Below, piece by piece: positions 38,851 through 52,785 of a stretch of 64,000 bases of DNA. The stretch covers positions 37,324,001 to 37,388,000 of the forward strand of contig NC_043008.1 of assembly GCF_006345805.1 (NCBI RefSeq), given 5' to 3'. A program made the position numbers and the translations under genes. The notes under the pieces are model-generated. The model searched no databases. It saw only the letters and a list, made by a program, of their open reading frames with translations, and was not told where the DNA came from. The DNA is from Octopus sinensis (lineage: Eukaryota). Every line of letters begins with the position of its first letter. Within the stretch, counting starts at the first letter, position 1.

Positions 38851-39224
38851 TAATTTCACAGCCAGTTTTTGCTGTTTCCACATGTTCAGCAGATTTACAA
38901 TACAGGAAGCAATCTACCACACATCATGACCCATGCCCACCTCCTAATATTCACACCGTCAGCATGTCCTCTGCTGTTAAACTCTGTTCTTGTATTTGGT
39001 ATTAGCTGTGGCTGCATAGTTATTACATGGAAACTTTCTAAAGAGTGTCCAAACATCTCAGGTTTTCTGCTATTTGTCCCACTTTTCAAACCATAATCTC
39101 AGTGTTGAAGATAACAATTTATTCTGGTTTTCTCAATTTTATTTTAATTTCAAAATTAGGTCATACAATGTTTTCCAGTTTGCTTTCATGTATGTACTTT
39201 TAAATATTTTTTTGCTGGATCACA

Positions 39225-39981
39225 GGTGGGTCATTATGGCAATAATGAACACACACACTGGTTCAGTTTCATTTTTTTATTATTATTAGCCTATTAATTA
39301 ATCCTTTAACCAATTAACTAATTGATTGCTTGATTAATCGTTCAGCTAGATCCTTTCATTGCCATTTGCAGCATCTTCAATGACATTCTCTCTCCACTCC
39401 AGGTCTACTCAGGTTTGTCTGCTTCTCTCCTGGTTTAAAGGTTCATTTAATCTCTCTTTTGCTCTCTTTTACTTGTTTCAGTCATTTGACTGTGGCCATG
39501 CAGGAGCACCACCTTTAGTCGAGCATATTGACCCCAGGACTTATTCTTTGTAAGCCTAGTACTTATTCTATCAGTCTCTTTTGCCGAACCGCTAAGTTAC
39601 AGGAATGTAAACACACCAGCATTGGTTGTCAAGCGATGTTGGGGGGACAAATACAGACACACAAACATACACACACACATACATACATATATACATATAT
39701 ACAACAGGCTTCTTTCAGTTTCTGTCTACCAAATCCACTCAAGGCTTTGGCCAGTCCGAGGCTATAGTAGAAGACACTTGCCCAAGGTGCCACGCAGTGG
39801 GACTGAACCCAGAACTATGTGGTTGGTATGCAAGCTTCATACCACACGGCCACTCCTGCGCCTATTAATCAAACAAATCAATTACTTAATTGATTGAATG
39901 TTAACCAATTGACTAATAAAGATAAAAGAGGTGAAATATAACCAGTGCATGTGTTTATTATCATTGGCAAAATAACCCACC
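39225..39981. mobile_element. Old inverted-repeat element (~110-bp diverged arms) with a nested SINE
   Basis: GGTGGGTCATTATGGCAATAATGAACAC...TTGATTAAT pairs imperfectly with ATTAATCAAAC...GGCAAAATAACCCACC. Confidence 0.6.
39462..39862 (-). mobile_element. SINE family A (full length)
   Basis: Homologous to 13513-13930. Confidence 0.9.
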
Positions 39982-42084
39982 AATTTACAACAAAATATGT
40001 TTCATCACACAAGTTCACATGAAGAATCTTGCTAGCAAGTACAGAAACAAAATATTTAAAAAAATTTGTTTTCTATGAATCATTTAGCTTTCAGAAAGTA
40101 CAACTTCATCTTAAAGTACATTTATGCAATTTTCTCTAAAATATAAACCTGCAACTCATGTATAATGGCAGTGATTAGCTACAGGTTTTTTTATATATAT
40201 ATACATATATATATACATTATGATTTTAGTAATTTTTAATTTTTGTAATTTTTTCCAATAAATGATTTAAGAAAATACATTGTTAATTCTTATTTTCATA
40301 CATAAAAGGTATATGATATATATGTGTTTTCACATGCGTACATTTGTGTGTGTATGTATGTGTGTGTGTGTGTGTGTATGTGTATATATGTATGTTTGTA
40401 CATGTATATTCATGAGTGTGTGTGTATCTAGGCATGTGTCTTTATGAGTGTGTTTGCATGTGTGTTCATGAGTATATATACATTTATGTGTGAACACATG
40501 TAGGTGTTCATGCGTGTATTTGTGTTTGCTTGCTTGCATGTGTGTGTTTGTGTATGTGCTTGTGTGTGTGTGTTTGTGTGAGTGAGAGAGAGAGGAAATG
40601 TGTGTAAATCTGTGCATAGGGCGTAAAACGGGCTCCTTTCTCATCCCAGTTTCATATTAACACAATATAGTTACCTTATCTCTTTATTGTATTACTACCC
40701 TTACCAACAACAGATAAGTTCTATCATGGATGCACATCCATGGATGCTCATCCTCCCACATGTGCAAATACATGCACACACATGCATAAATGCCTGCTTA
40801 CATGTGCATATATGTGTGCTCATATATACTCCTATATACAAACATCCATTCACACACAAAACACAAAAATGGTTAATCTGTATTTCTATCAAAATCTAAT
40901 TTATAAAACGCTCATTTTATCATATAATCGAATTCTCCAAACTGCTTATATAATTTTTGCAGTTTTTGCCGTAAAAATTTTGCTTAAGACAAGACTGTCG
41001 ACTTTATTTTCCTTACAAACTATACATCAAAGCAGCTTTGATTTCTCTTCTCAGTCAAGCAAGGAAATACATGTGCTTTTCAGCAGCGTTTCTTTAATTT
41101 AAATTACATTTTGGAAGGTTTAATCTATTTGAAAATAACCTGACAAATTCTTGATATAAAAAGTATATTTCATTGCCAGTTTTTTTTTTATTTCCCCTCA
41201 CTACTCATCAATTTCTATAATATTGAAGGCCTGTACATTGCCTTTTCGGTAATGTAAGCTTTCAGAGCCTTACTTTCCAGTTGAAAGTCTTATGCTAAAA
41301 GGAATGTTTGCAAAAGCTGAATATGCGCTTCATTATCATCGTTGCCATCATCATTGTTGATCGCAGTCACCACCATCAAAATCATCATCATCATCATCAC
41401 CACTACACATTATCAATGTCGTCATCATCATCATCATCAGTATCACCATCGTCATTGTACCATCATCATCATCATCATCATCATCATCATTGTCATTGTC
41501 GTTGTCATTATTATCATTGTCCTCCTCTTCTGCTTTTCCTCCTCCTCCTCTGCTTTCTCCTTCTCCTCCTCTACTTTCTCCTCCTCCCCTCTCCTGCCCA
41601 GTCTCTTTACTCCTCGTTTTAATGTCCACTTTCCCATGCACACATGACTCAGATGGAATTTCATTGAGGCAGATTTCCACAGGTGGATGCCTTGCCTGTC
41701 ACCAACCCTCATCTGTTTCCAAGCACAGTAATAGATTTCCATGGCTAAACATGTTTTTGTGGCAGATTGGAAATAAACAACACTTGCATGATGGTGATGC
41801 TCATTTCCATCTATCATGTGATGTTGAGACGAAGACACACACACACGCACACACACACACACACACACATGCACACACACATACACATGCCTGTATGCAC
41901 ATACACATATGTACAATGGGCTACTTTCAGATTTCATCTACCATATCTACTAACAAGGATTTGGTTGGCCCAAGGCTAATGTAGAAGACACTTGCTCCAA
42001 AGTGCCATTCAGTGGGACTGAACCCAGAACCATGTTGTGAAGCAAACTTCTTACTATGCTGCCATGTTTGTGCCTATATACATA

Positions 42085-43020
42085 CATACATGATGGCTGC
42101 CCCACTCGTTATCAAGTATGGCCATTGCACGAGGCTTATCTGTTAACCGTGCTGTGATCGAATGTGACTTTTTAGCCCAGCTAAAGATCTACAATGTCTT
42201 GTACAGAATTGGCAGCTAAAACCTTTACTGGCAATATATGGCTGTAGTTGTAATTAGGCTTCATGTACCTTTGCATGTCATTTAAGTCCTCCTGCCGAAT
42301 CACACTCCCTTCCACATGCCTGACAGATATGATTAGTATGGTGTGTAGCACCATCACCAGTAGCTTGGTAGTCAATCATCGGTCTCGCTTTATGACTATG
42401 AAGATGACTCTTGAGTCCAGCTTTACTGATTCAGGGTCTTGCACAGACACTGCACATCAGCATCATAGGAAGACCCTAACCATCTGGAAGTGCAACAGTG
42501 ATACAATTTCTGACATCTCTCCTCACTTTCTCATGTGCAACTCGAGAGTTCTCAAAAATAGCCGTCCCCTCATGCACAATCCTTCTCCACCTACTACAGT
42601 CAACAGCTATGCCCTCCAATGTGTCAGGAGAGATGCTAGCATCTCCCAAGGAAGCCTTCAGCAAGTCTTTATACCTCTTTTTTGGTTTATGTGGAGATCA
42701 TTTTCCTTTAGCTAATTCTCCATAAAAGAGTTGCTTTGGCATCCTTGAATCTTTCATCCTGACCAGATGGCCACTCCATCTGAATCTTTGCTTCAACACA
42801 TAAGCTTCTATACTTACACACCGAGAGCCTTCCAATATCTCAAGATCACTGATGTGTTCCTCCCACTTAATGCCATGGATCCTTCTGAGGCACATCTGAT
42901 GGAAACGTTCCAATTGTTTAAGGTGGTATCGATATGTGACCCAGGTCTTGCAGGCATAAAGAAGAGCAAATCTCGTCTCAGATAAAGCAACGATGTCAAG
43001 ATGATAGCATCGAAGCTACT
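42085..43020 (-). pseudogene. RTE (BovB-like) LINE 3' fragment(s)
   Basis: ERFHQMCLRRIHGIKWEEHISDLEILE...FRWSGHLVRMKDSRMPKQLFYGEL...KRYKDLLKASL...SRWRRIVHEG. Confidence 0.85.
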
Positions 43021-43805
43021 TCACAACAAGATCAGTCCTTTGTTCAGGACATTCTGAGGAATCCCGGCCAAGCAGTGTCCATACATTCCAACAGCCAATA
43101 TTCAATATTTTATTAGGTTCTATCACAGTAACACGATGATGGCCAGGTTCAGACTGTGATGCTCTGGAGCCCCTGCCGAGTCAGACTCTTTCATCTGATG
43201 TGGTTCCAGAGTCCTTACTGCCATTTATTTCTATACTGTTTTGGTACATCATTTATTGCTTGCTCTTTAAGGCTACAGCCAGCCATTCAGTTGAAACTCA
43301 CAGCAATATCAACAATCATCAATTAATTAGTTAATTAATTAATCAATCAAATAATCAATGTTGTTATCGTGCAATGCCTGTGCAAGAAAATTTTTTTTAA
43401 TGTGAGGAAAGGCTGTGCACTGAGTCAATCCCACTCACTAAGCAACAGCAGCCATAACCTGAAAAGAAGAACAAGTCAACATCATTAATAACCACTGAGC
43501 TGCATGTTTTATGCCAGAGTTATCCCAGTTACCTGAGTTGCTTTCTTCTAGAAGGATGCCCTAACAAAGGCTAGGAGTCCTTCATTCCTTATGGCTTAAC
43601 TGTGCAATTAGTCCAATTATTTCTATGTCCCCATGCAAAATACAGCCATAAGCTAGATAAAATAGATATAAGAAAGAACAAAAAAAAAGAAAAGCTACAT
43701 ACGATATATGAAAATTATTGATATACAATATATACATAAAACATACGATATAGAATACATAAAAATATATATAATGAGCAAACTATAAAAATATACAATA
43801 TATAA

Positions 43806-43844
<39 letters not shown>

Positions 43845-44227
43845 TAATGGATAATAAAACGAATGGTTTACACCTGGTAGCTTACTGGTAAAGCATGGCC
43901 ACTTTCACAGTGGGTTGATGGTTTAAGCTTCTAGAAATTAGTAAGAATTTGTAAGAATAGTAAATAGTAGATATAGAGAGCTACTATGCTACTATCAAAC
44001 TGGTCATTCTTAACCAAGCCCTGATTTTTAGCATGAAAGATTCTGATTTGGTTTCTATGGCTGGATACCCTTCCTAATGTCAACCACTTTACAGAGGGTA
44101 CTGGATGCTTTTATGCAGCACCAGCAGGAGTGCTTTTTATGTAGCACCAGCAACCATGATTGTGCAAGATTAGGAATGGTCAGTTGAAGAGGAATGCAGC
44201 AAGAATGACCATGCACACACATCCTCC

Positions 44228-44582
44228 TCATCATTTAACATCCGCTTTCCATGCTAGCATAGGTTGGATGATTTGACTGAGGTCTGGTGAACCAGATGGC
44301 TGCACCAGGCTCCAATCTTGATCTGACAGAGTTTCTACAGCTGGATGCCTTTCCTACTGCCAACCACTCTGAGAGTGTAGTGGGTGCTTTTACATGCCAC
44401 CGGCACGAGGGCCAGTCAGGCAGTACTGGCAATGACCTCACTTGAATCTTTTTGACACCACATGTCACCAGCACAGGTGCCAGTAAGGTGATGCTGGTAA
44501 TGATCACGCTCGAATGGTGCCTTTTATGTGCCACCAGTACGGAAGCCAGTTAGCTGCTCTGGCAATGATCACGCTCGGATGG
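44228..44582 (-). mobile_element. RTE 3'UTR-derived repeat
   Basis: Same family as 8462-8760. Confidence 0.8.
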
Positions 44583-45418
44583 TCTATGTATGTTTATATA
44601 ATATATGAAGGCCTTCCTTACAGTTTCCATGTACCAGATTTATTCACAGGTCATCGGTCAGCTTAGCGATATAAGAGAAGACCCTTGGTCAAGCTGTGGC
44701 ACAATAGAACAGAACCTGAAAACACATGGTTACGAAGTAGTCTTCTTTATCACACAACCACACCTGTGCCTTAGAGCCTGTGTAAGCGTAACAAAAAAGA
44801 AGAAAGAGAAAAAAAGAAAAAGCAAGCATACATTACATAAAATTATCCAGGTTGTAGAGTTTAGTTTCAATAAAAGATAGATTATTATATTTTTCTTCCT
44901 CCTATAACAACAGATATGTTTTTCTTTCATCCTGTAAATATTTTTGATTTTTAACCTCTTTGTTTGGTTTCAAAATTCTCTTTTGTCTAAATTTTATTCT
45001 ACTTTTCCTAAATATAGTTGTTTCTTCCATCTATTTATAATCTTTACTCGAGGGTAAAAAAATGTAAAATATATATTCTCTATGTTATTGTTTATCAATC
45101 TAATCTTTCCACTTTAAACTATATGGCTCTGTATTATTGCTTTGTCTATCTGAAGTGTTTATAACTACAAACCGAGTTTGATCTTTCAATTGTTTTTTTT
45201 TTCCTGGTCGCCCAGATATTTAATTGCTTGCTCACATAGCAATATACTTGAACAGCAACAAGCTCACTGGCTTAAACAACTGCACATGTAATGATACATA
45301 ATCACTTACTCACACACTCACTCACTTACTTACATGCTATATATATATATATCTGTATGTCTATCCATCCATCCATCCATCCATCCATCCATCCATCCAT
45401 CCATCCATCCATCCATCC

Positions 45419-45463
<45 letters not shown>

Positions 45464-45464
45464 A

Positions 45465-45503
<39 letters not shown>

Positions 45504-45507
45504 CCAA

Positions 45508-45559
<52 letters not shown>

Positions 45560-46210
45560 GCTGTCATCATCATCATCCTTTAACATCCATTTTCCATGCT
45601 GGGAAGCTGGGAATATGGCACCAGGTTCCAATCTGATTCTGCTTGGTTTCTACGGCTTATGCTCCCCCTAATGCCAACCACTTTACAATGTGTACTGGGT
45701 GCTTTTAACATGTCACAGGCTTCCATGTGGCACCAACATGAGCTTTTGTATGGGACACCAACACATGCATTACTACATGGCACAGGCATGAGCACTTCTT
45801 ACATGGCACTAACACAAGACTCTTGCAGACCAAATCTCTTTACCATGGGGAGTGACCTTAACATTTCTGGTGTGTAGGGTGTGTCTTCTTGAGTATGGCA
45901 AGGTGCCAGGTATTTTGACCCTTTGCCATTTCATCTGAAAGGTTTAGCATCCTGAAGTCATTCTTCAGTACTTCATCCAATGTATTACCAGGTCTCCCTC
46001 TTCCTTGAGTTCCATCCATTTTGAGTGAATAGTACTTCTTTATGGAGCTGTTGGTATCCATCTGCATCACATGATCAAACCAACACAGTCTGCTCCCTGC
46101 ATTTAGTTCTTCTTATGCCTAACTGCTCTCTGTCACATGTGTCCCCTTACATTTCACATCCAGCAGAGCATAGTAGCTCAATTCCTCTTTAGCCTTCACA
46201 TGTCCTCTGC
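45560..46210 (-). mobile_element. Old RTE LINE 3' end
   Basis: HVMQMDTNSSIKK...GTQGRGRPGNTLDEVLKNDFRMLNL plus 3'UTR and (GAT)n tail. Confidence 0.75.
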
Positions 46211-46396
46211 ATCCAGGACCCTCATTCCACTACCACATAGAATTGCTCTTCCTATGCCTTCTTCATACAATCTTTCTTTCACTCATAGACAGAAATCTTT
46301 GATTGCCACTCAGAGTTGCTCACTTCCAATCATCAGTTGGTTAGATGAACCCAGTTTTCCTTTGAGTATCCACTGTCTGAATTTTTTTTTTTTTTT

Positions 46397-46608
46397 AAAT
46401 ATGAAATGAAACATTATTTACAATGGATGGATATTTGTCCTCATCTTGTTTGTTATTATGTTTCAGCTGATATACCCTCTAGCCTTCATCAGCTGTCTTG
46501 GGAAAATTTCTAACTTGGGTTCTCATTCCTAAGGTATTTTCTGATGTTGTTGTTGTTGTTATTGTAATTATTATAATTATAATTATAATTATAATTATTA
46601 TTATTATA

Positions 46609-46668
<60 letters not shown>

Positions 46669-46818
46669 ATCATCATCATCATCATCATTATTATTATTCA
46701 GGCCACTGCCTGAAATTGAACTCAGAATCTTGTGGGGTTAGTAGCCCACTACACCATATGTCTGTAAATAATGTACATAATTCCTCATCTCTTAAATATA
46801 GAACTGTATGAAATGAAA
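46397..46818 (-). mobile_element. Short element with tRNA-like head, (AAT)n core, decayed hammerhead and short terminal direct repeat
   Basis: Minus: TGGTGTAGTGG...GAGTTCAATT (~46700-46760); CTGATGA (46492-46486) ... GAAAC (46464-46460); TATGAAATGAAA near both ends. Confidence 0.6.
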
Positions 46819-47042
46819 GTTTGAAGAAAAATATTTAGACAGTGGATAAGAAAATGAGAGACAGTTTCTCAGATGATGATTGGAAACAAGCATCTCTGAG
46901 GACTGTAAATCAGAACCTTTAAGTTATAATGTATTAAAGAATTCTGGAACAGTGCATAATGACATGTATACTCAAGATGACTGGCCCCTCTTCTCAACCA
47001 CAGAAGATTGTCAGAAATCTTGCCTGACAGAAACTGTTTTAA

Positions 47043-47664
47043 CCCTTTAGTGTTATACCATTTATATCCCGCCTCAGCCAGTCAGAATATGCTACTGGTT
47101 TTATGTTCAAACTGTCCAGATCTGGTTTCTCTCACCTACCCTACTCTTTTACTCTTTTACTTGTTTCAGTCATTTGACTGCGGCCATGCTGGAGCACTGC
47201 CTTTTAGTCGAGCAAATCGACCCCAGGACTTATTCTTTGGAAGCCTAGTACTTATTCTATCGGTCCCTTTTGCCGAACCGCTAAGTTACAGGGATGTAAA
47301 CACACCAGTATCGGTTATCAAGCGATGTTGGGGGGGACAAGTACAGACACACAAACATATACACACATACATATATATATATATACGTATATACGATGGG
47401 CTTCTTTCAGTTTCTGCCTACCGAATCCACTCACAAGGCTTTGGTCGGCCCGAGGCTATAGTAGAAGACACTTGCCAAAGGTGCCACGCAGTGGGACTGA
47501 ACCTGGAACCATATGGTTGGTAAGCAAGCTACTTACCACACAGATTTAAAAAATATACAAGCACATCACTGGAATCTCAGGGCTAAGAGATAATGCACGA
47601 TTAATTCAAATGAATGTGAATAAATAAGCATTACATTTGACAGAGTGATCGGAATGCTCAAGGG
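47043..47664. mobile_element. piggyBac-like MITE with nested SINE A
   Basis: TTAA-CCCTTTAGTGTT ... AATGCTCAAGGG-TTAA. Confidence 0.75.
47142..47543 (-). mobile_element. SINE family A
   Basis: Homologous to 13513-13930, lacking the first ~15 nt. Confidence 0.9.
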
Positions 47665-47757
47665 TTAAAACTGACAATGATAGTTTGTTTCCCCTCATCC
47701 TGAACTTAATCAAAAAGCAGCAGGGCAGTGATTGCTAAGTGTCAAGGAATATCCAAT

Positions 47758-47991
47758 ATAAGGCGGCGAGCTGGCAGAAACATTAGCACACTGGGTGAAA
47801 TGCTTAGCAGTATTCCATCTGCCGTTACGTTCTGAGTTCAAATTCCGCCGAAGTCGACTATGCCTGTCATCCTTTCGGGATCGATAAATTAAGTACCAGT
47901 TATGCACTGGGGTCGATGTAATCGACTTAATCCCTTTGTCTGTCCTTGTTTGTTCCCTCTATATTTATCCCCTTGTGGGCAATAAAGAAAT
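47758..47991 (+). mobile_element. SINE family B (full length)
   Basis: GGCGGCGAGCTGGCAGAA head; 14-bp TSD AAGGAATATCCAAT (47744-47757 / 47992-48005). Confidence 0.92.
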
Positions 47992-48369
47992 AAGGAATAT
48001 CCAATGGGGAGAGCTGTGCACTGTTTCATTAATGCACACCGCTTCTCTAAGGTCCCATGCAAAGTTAGCCTGGAGTTGCATACATGTGTGTGTGTGTGTG
48101 TGTGTGTGGATGTGCATGGAGGTATATATGTGTGCGCATTAGTATCTCCTTGTTTTGGCATTATATGGCTGTTGTACAAAGATGTTGCCATCACACAAGA
48201 GGTATCATTTGTTTCTGATCTTCCATGTAAACAATTTTGGCCAGGGGGAAATATTACCTTCCTAGGAAATGAATGAGGGCTGGCAATAGGAAAGGCAATC
48301 AGCTGAAAAATCTGCCTCAGTAAATTCCATCTGACCATGCAAGCAAGGAAAAGCAGGTGTTAAAGTGGT

Positions 48370-48712
48370 CATGATGAAGATAATGATGATGGCAACTGGG
48401 ATGATGATGATGATGATGATAACTGGGATGATGATGATGATGATGGCAATTGGGATGATGATGATGATGATGATCGTGATCATCATGATCATCATGGTGG
48501 AGGTGGTGTTGGTGGTGGTAGTGGTGGTGGTATTGGTGGTGGTGGTAGTGGTGGTGGTTGTGGTGGTAGTGGTGGTGATGGTAGTGGTGGTGGTGGTTGT
48601 GGTGGTGGTGGTTGTGGTGGTGGTGGTGGTGATGGTAGTGGTGATGTTGGTAATGATGATGATGATGACGATGTTGATGACAATGATGATAATGATAATT
48701 GTGGTGATGATG
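48370..48712. repeat. (GAT/GGT)n trinucleotide tract extending an RTE-type tail
   Basis: Direct reading. Confidence 0.9.
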
Positions 48713-49598
48713 AAACTTTACTCAACATTGTCTCAGTTCATCTTTTGGGAATGGCTATCAGATCATCTGGAAAGAAAGATAATAGGTTTGATCAGCCATT
48801 GATTCATACTTGTAATAATGAAAGCAGCTCTGGTGTCTGTCTCAGTATTCGTGTGTAATGTAGTGTAGCAATTAAACTCTTAATCCCTTCATTACAAAAT
48901 AGCATCTACAACTTTAAGAAAGAATTGCTGTCTTCTTCATCATCATCATTATGTCCCACTTTTCCAAGCTTGGATGGGTCAAACAGAATTTGTTGAAACA
49001 CATTTTCTATAGCTGGATGCCCTTCCTGTTGCAAACCCTCACCTGTTTCCAAGTAAGGTAATATTCCCCCTATGACCAGATGTGTTTTACGGAAGATTCA
49101 GAATGAAGGACACTGCATGCATGATGGTGATACTTGTTTACAACTATCATGTGATGTCAAGGCAAGATTACAGCAGCTTGCACACACATTTATATATATA
49201 AGTTTATATACCAAGAAATTTAGAGGTTGTGAATCCAACCAACTAAGGGAATTACTGGTATCTTTATATATTTTATATGTAAAGCATAATATGTTATACA
49301 TGTATATATATTCTTGTAATTGTCATTTTAGTAAATAAATAAATAAATTGACATAATATAATGTCTAAAAGTTGATGAACTTTTAGACATTATCTAACCT
49401 CCGCCATTGATCCCATCATTTTCTTATTGCTCTATAAGTTCATATATATATTTGGCAAAAAAAAAATGACCATCCTGAAATACAACAATATATTTATATA
49501 TATGTGTATATATGTTCATGTATATGTATGAATTTATGCTTATATATTCGTGTGTATATATATACATATGTATGTATATTATCGTTTTTTTATACATA

Positions 49599-50839
49599 CA
49601 AGGTGTGTAAGGTATTTGAGGACATACCATTTTTGGGTCATTACTGTATTTTTCGCTTACTCCGTATAATATTTATTTCAGAAAGTAATTATGGCAGACC
49701 CTCATTATGAAGAAGCATGCAGTTATTGAGGTTATAATGGCTGAGCAAAGTGATTTAGAAATATCTCGATTTTTAAAAATTGTCAGATCTTTTGTCTACA
49801 AAGTTTGTAAGGAGCTAGAGACTGAAGATGGAAATGTATCACCAATACCAAAGCATAAAATGCATTCTGAATGCTCTGAAATCATCAGAATACCTGAATT
49901 TATCCAGCAAGTCCAACAGACCATTGATTACAGTCCAAGAGGTCAATTGCAAAAGATCTCCACATGTCAGATGAACAGTCAGAAATGTTGTCCATGAAGA
50001 CAGATATAAGTCTTATATGATGAGGAAAGATCAAAATGTCAGAAAAAGCATAAGAAAATCACTACATCAGATCTAAAAGGTTCTTAAACAAACTGAAAAA
50101 TCCAGCAGAAGAAGATTTGATTTGGTTTTTCTCAAACAAGAAAAACTTCGATCAAGATCAAAAGGTTAACAGAAGAAATGACAGATGGTTATGTGCAGAC
50201 CCTTCTGAAGTTCCAAGTGTTATGCATACAAAATTTCCTGCATCTGTCATGGTATTAGGGGTTGTCAGCAATTAAGGACATGTGATACATCTTTACTTCT
50301 TTCCACAAGGTCTTAGAGTTAACTCTGCCACCTACATTGAGGTTTTGGAAGTTATTGTTAAGCCCTGTATAAACAGTGTATGCAATGGAAGGCCATATGT
50401 GTTTCAGTAAGACTCTGTACTATCACACATGGCTCTAGTAACCCAGGAATGGATGGCTGAAAGTCTTCATAATCACATAAGCCCTAACATTTGGCTTCCT
50501 AATTCCCCAGATCTCAGTCCATTGGACTATTAAATGTGGAGCATTGCTGAGAGAGAGGTCAATGAACACACCCACAACACCAAAGATTCCTTGAAAGCTG
50601 CCATAATCAGAGTAATGTCCAAAATGAACCAGGACCACTTAATTCGAGCATGTAGATGATTTAGATCTCATATAGAACCAGTTGTTGAAGCTAAAGGTGG
50701 CTTTATTGAATAACATTATAGAAAAGAAGGTTTATTTTTATCCACATAGCATTCTTTGATAAATAAAGTTATTATCTTTTATTATATACCTGTTTTTTTT
50801 ATAAACATAAATCTGTCCTCAAATATCTTATGGACTCTG
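49599..50839 (+). pseudogene. Near full-length degenerate maT (DD37D) transposon
   Basis: Imperfect TIRs CAAGGTGTGTAAGGTATTTGAGGACA / TGTCCTCAAATATCTTATGGACTCTG; frames with FFSNKKNF, NRRNDRWL, TKFPASVMVLGVVS, GRPYVFQ*DS and WLPNSPDLSPLDY. Confidence 0.9.
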
Positions 50840-51081
50840 TGTATACATACATACACAGGAATTTTCTTTCCTTCACCTCACGCTCTATTTGTATCATATC
50901 AAAACTAACTATGACTTAATTTTTCCTCTCACACCATCTCCGATGAAGGGAAATTATTAATTAATATTCTAGAAACAGCTGTAAGAACTTCTATCTATAA
51001 ATGCTCTAATATCTATACAGCCTTGGTTTTTTATCTCATTATGCAAAAAATTCATATATACATACATACATACATATACAT

Positions 51082-51169
<88 letters not shown>

Positions 51170-51173
<4 letters not shown>

Positions 51174-51386
51174 GAGGTACTGAAAAGTTCCTGGCTTTGG
51201 ATAAAAGAAAATACAGGAGGATAAGTTAATTATGATCTTGTTCAACATATTTCCCTCTTAGATTCACGCACTTATTGCAGTGGTCCTTCAGTGTTTCTAA
51301 GCCTAGTAAAAGAACTTGGACATTTGAGCCTCCAACCAAGCCTTTTGCTACACCCTTAAAGCCAGGAACTTTTCAGCACCCTCTTG
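51170..51386. mobile_element. mariner-type MITE
   Basis: TIRs GAGGTACTGAAAAGTTCCTGGCTTT / AAAGCCAGGAACTTTTCAGCACCCTC within TA/TG tracts. Confidence 0.9.
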
Positions 51387-51415
51387 TGTGTATATATATA
51401 TATATATATGTGTGT

Positions 51416-51487
<72 letters not shown>

Positions 51488-52242
51488 TATGCGATGGGAT
51501 TCTTTCAGTTCCTGTCTCCCAAAAGCACTGACAAGTCTTTGGTTGGCCTAAGGCAATAATAGAAGAAACTTGCTCAAGGCACCACTGGTAAAACTCATTT
51601 CCTGAGTTAACTGACGAGATCTTTGCAGATATTCGATTAAATCTACTGTCTATGATGCCACTTTGTATTTTTATCTCATACCAATGTGAGGGGCGAACAT
51701 TTTTGCAAATATTATAACTATGTTCTTTTAAAGCCATCACTGCATGTATAAAAATGATTCTAAAACTTTCCTAATTTGTAATTCACGCACTTCTTAGGTC
51801 ATTGACTACTAAGACTCAATAAGCCAAAACTTAGCTAGACTTTATATTATAACTTAAACCATTATTTGAAAAAGGTCATATATACACTTTAATCTCAACA
51901 ATCTGATTGCAGGAAGCTGTGTTTTTCCATTTGCAGTGCCAGTTGGCTGCGAAATAATAAATTGTATAATTGTTTGTTTTTTTTTCATTTTATTTTTTTT
52001 TGTTCTTGTTATAGGGATGTTATTTTCAGAATCATAAATAATATAACATTTTCTATTTTCATTGAATATTTATTTTGAAAGACTGAATTTGATAATATAT
52101 ATTCCGTCAGAATTTGATTTACCTACCTATTTAAAGAGAATTGCTCTGTTTTGTTTGTTTGGCTTTTCACGAGTGTTCTTTATAAGTGTGCATGTGTGTG
52201 TGTGTATGTGTGTGTATGTGTGTGTAGTTGTCTGTATGCATG

Positions 52243-52280
<38 letters not shown>

Positions 52281-52712
52281 CATATGATTGTGTGTATGAA
52301 CTTGCAGCAGTGGTATGATTTTGGTTCTCTAAATGAGTAATACAAGTTTGATTCCTAGCTTAGTTATTTTATGGTATTTGGTATGTTTGATGACTTACTG
52401 AGAGGTAAGGCAGCATGATGATTCCATGGATATAATGTCACATTATACGTCCTTCTCTCCCCACCATTTCTCCCTTTTTGTTTATACAATATATACACAT
52501 ATATACATGTGTGTGTGTGTGTGTGTGGTGACTGTCTAACTGAGACATTTGTTCTTTGTTCTTTCCATTTTTTACTCTCCTTGTCTATTCTTTCTGCAGA
52601 AGAGTATTTGCTTCAAGCAGAAAATAAAAATTTTTAATTCTCATAGAGCATTAGCCTGATTGCTTTTTTGTTTATCACCTCATCTTCATGTTTTTTTTCT
52701 CAATTTTTTAAC

Positions 52713-52785
<73 letters not shown>

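Noticed and set aside
38372-39005. Acidic poly-Asp or Ser/Pro-rich ORFs
   Set aside because: Derived from a (CAT)n tract; no splice or domain support
51348-51740. 130-aa ORF with a unique-looking N-terminal half
   Set aside because: Runs into a SINE and microsatellite; no recognisable domain or splice support
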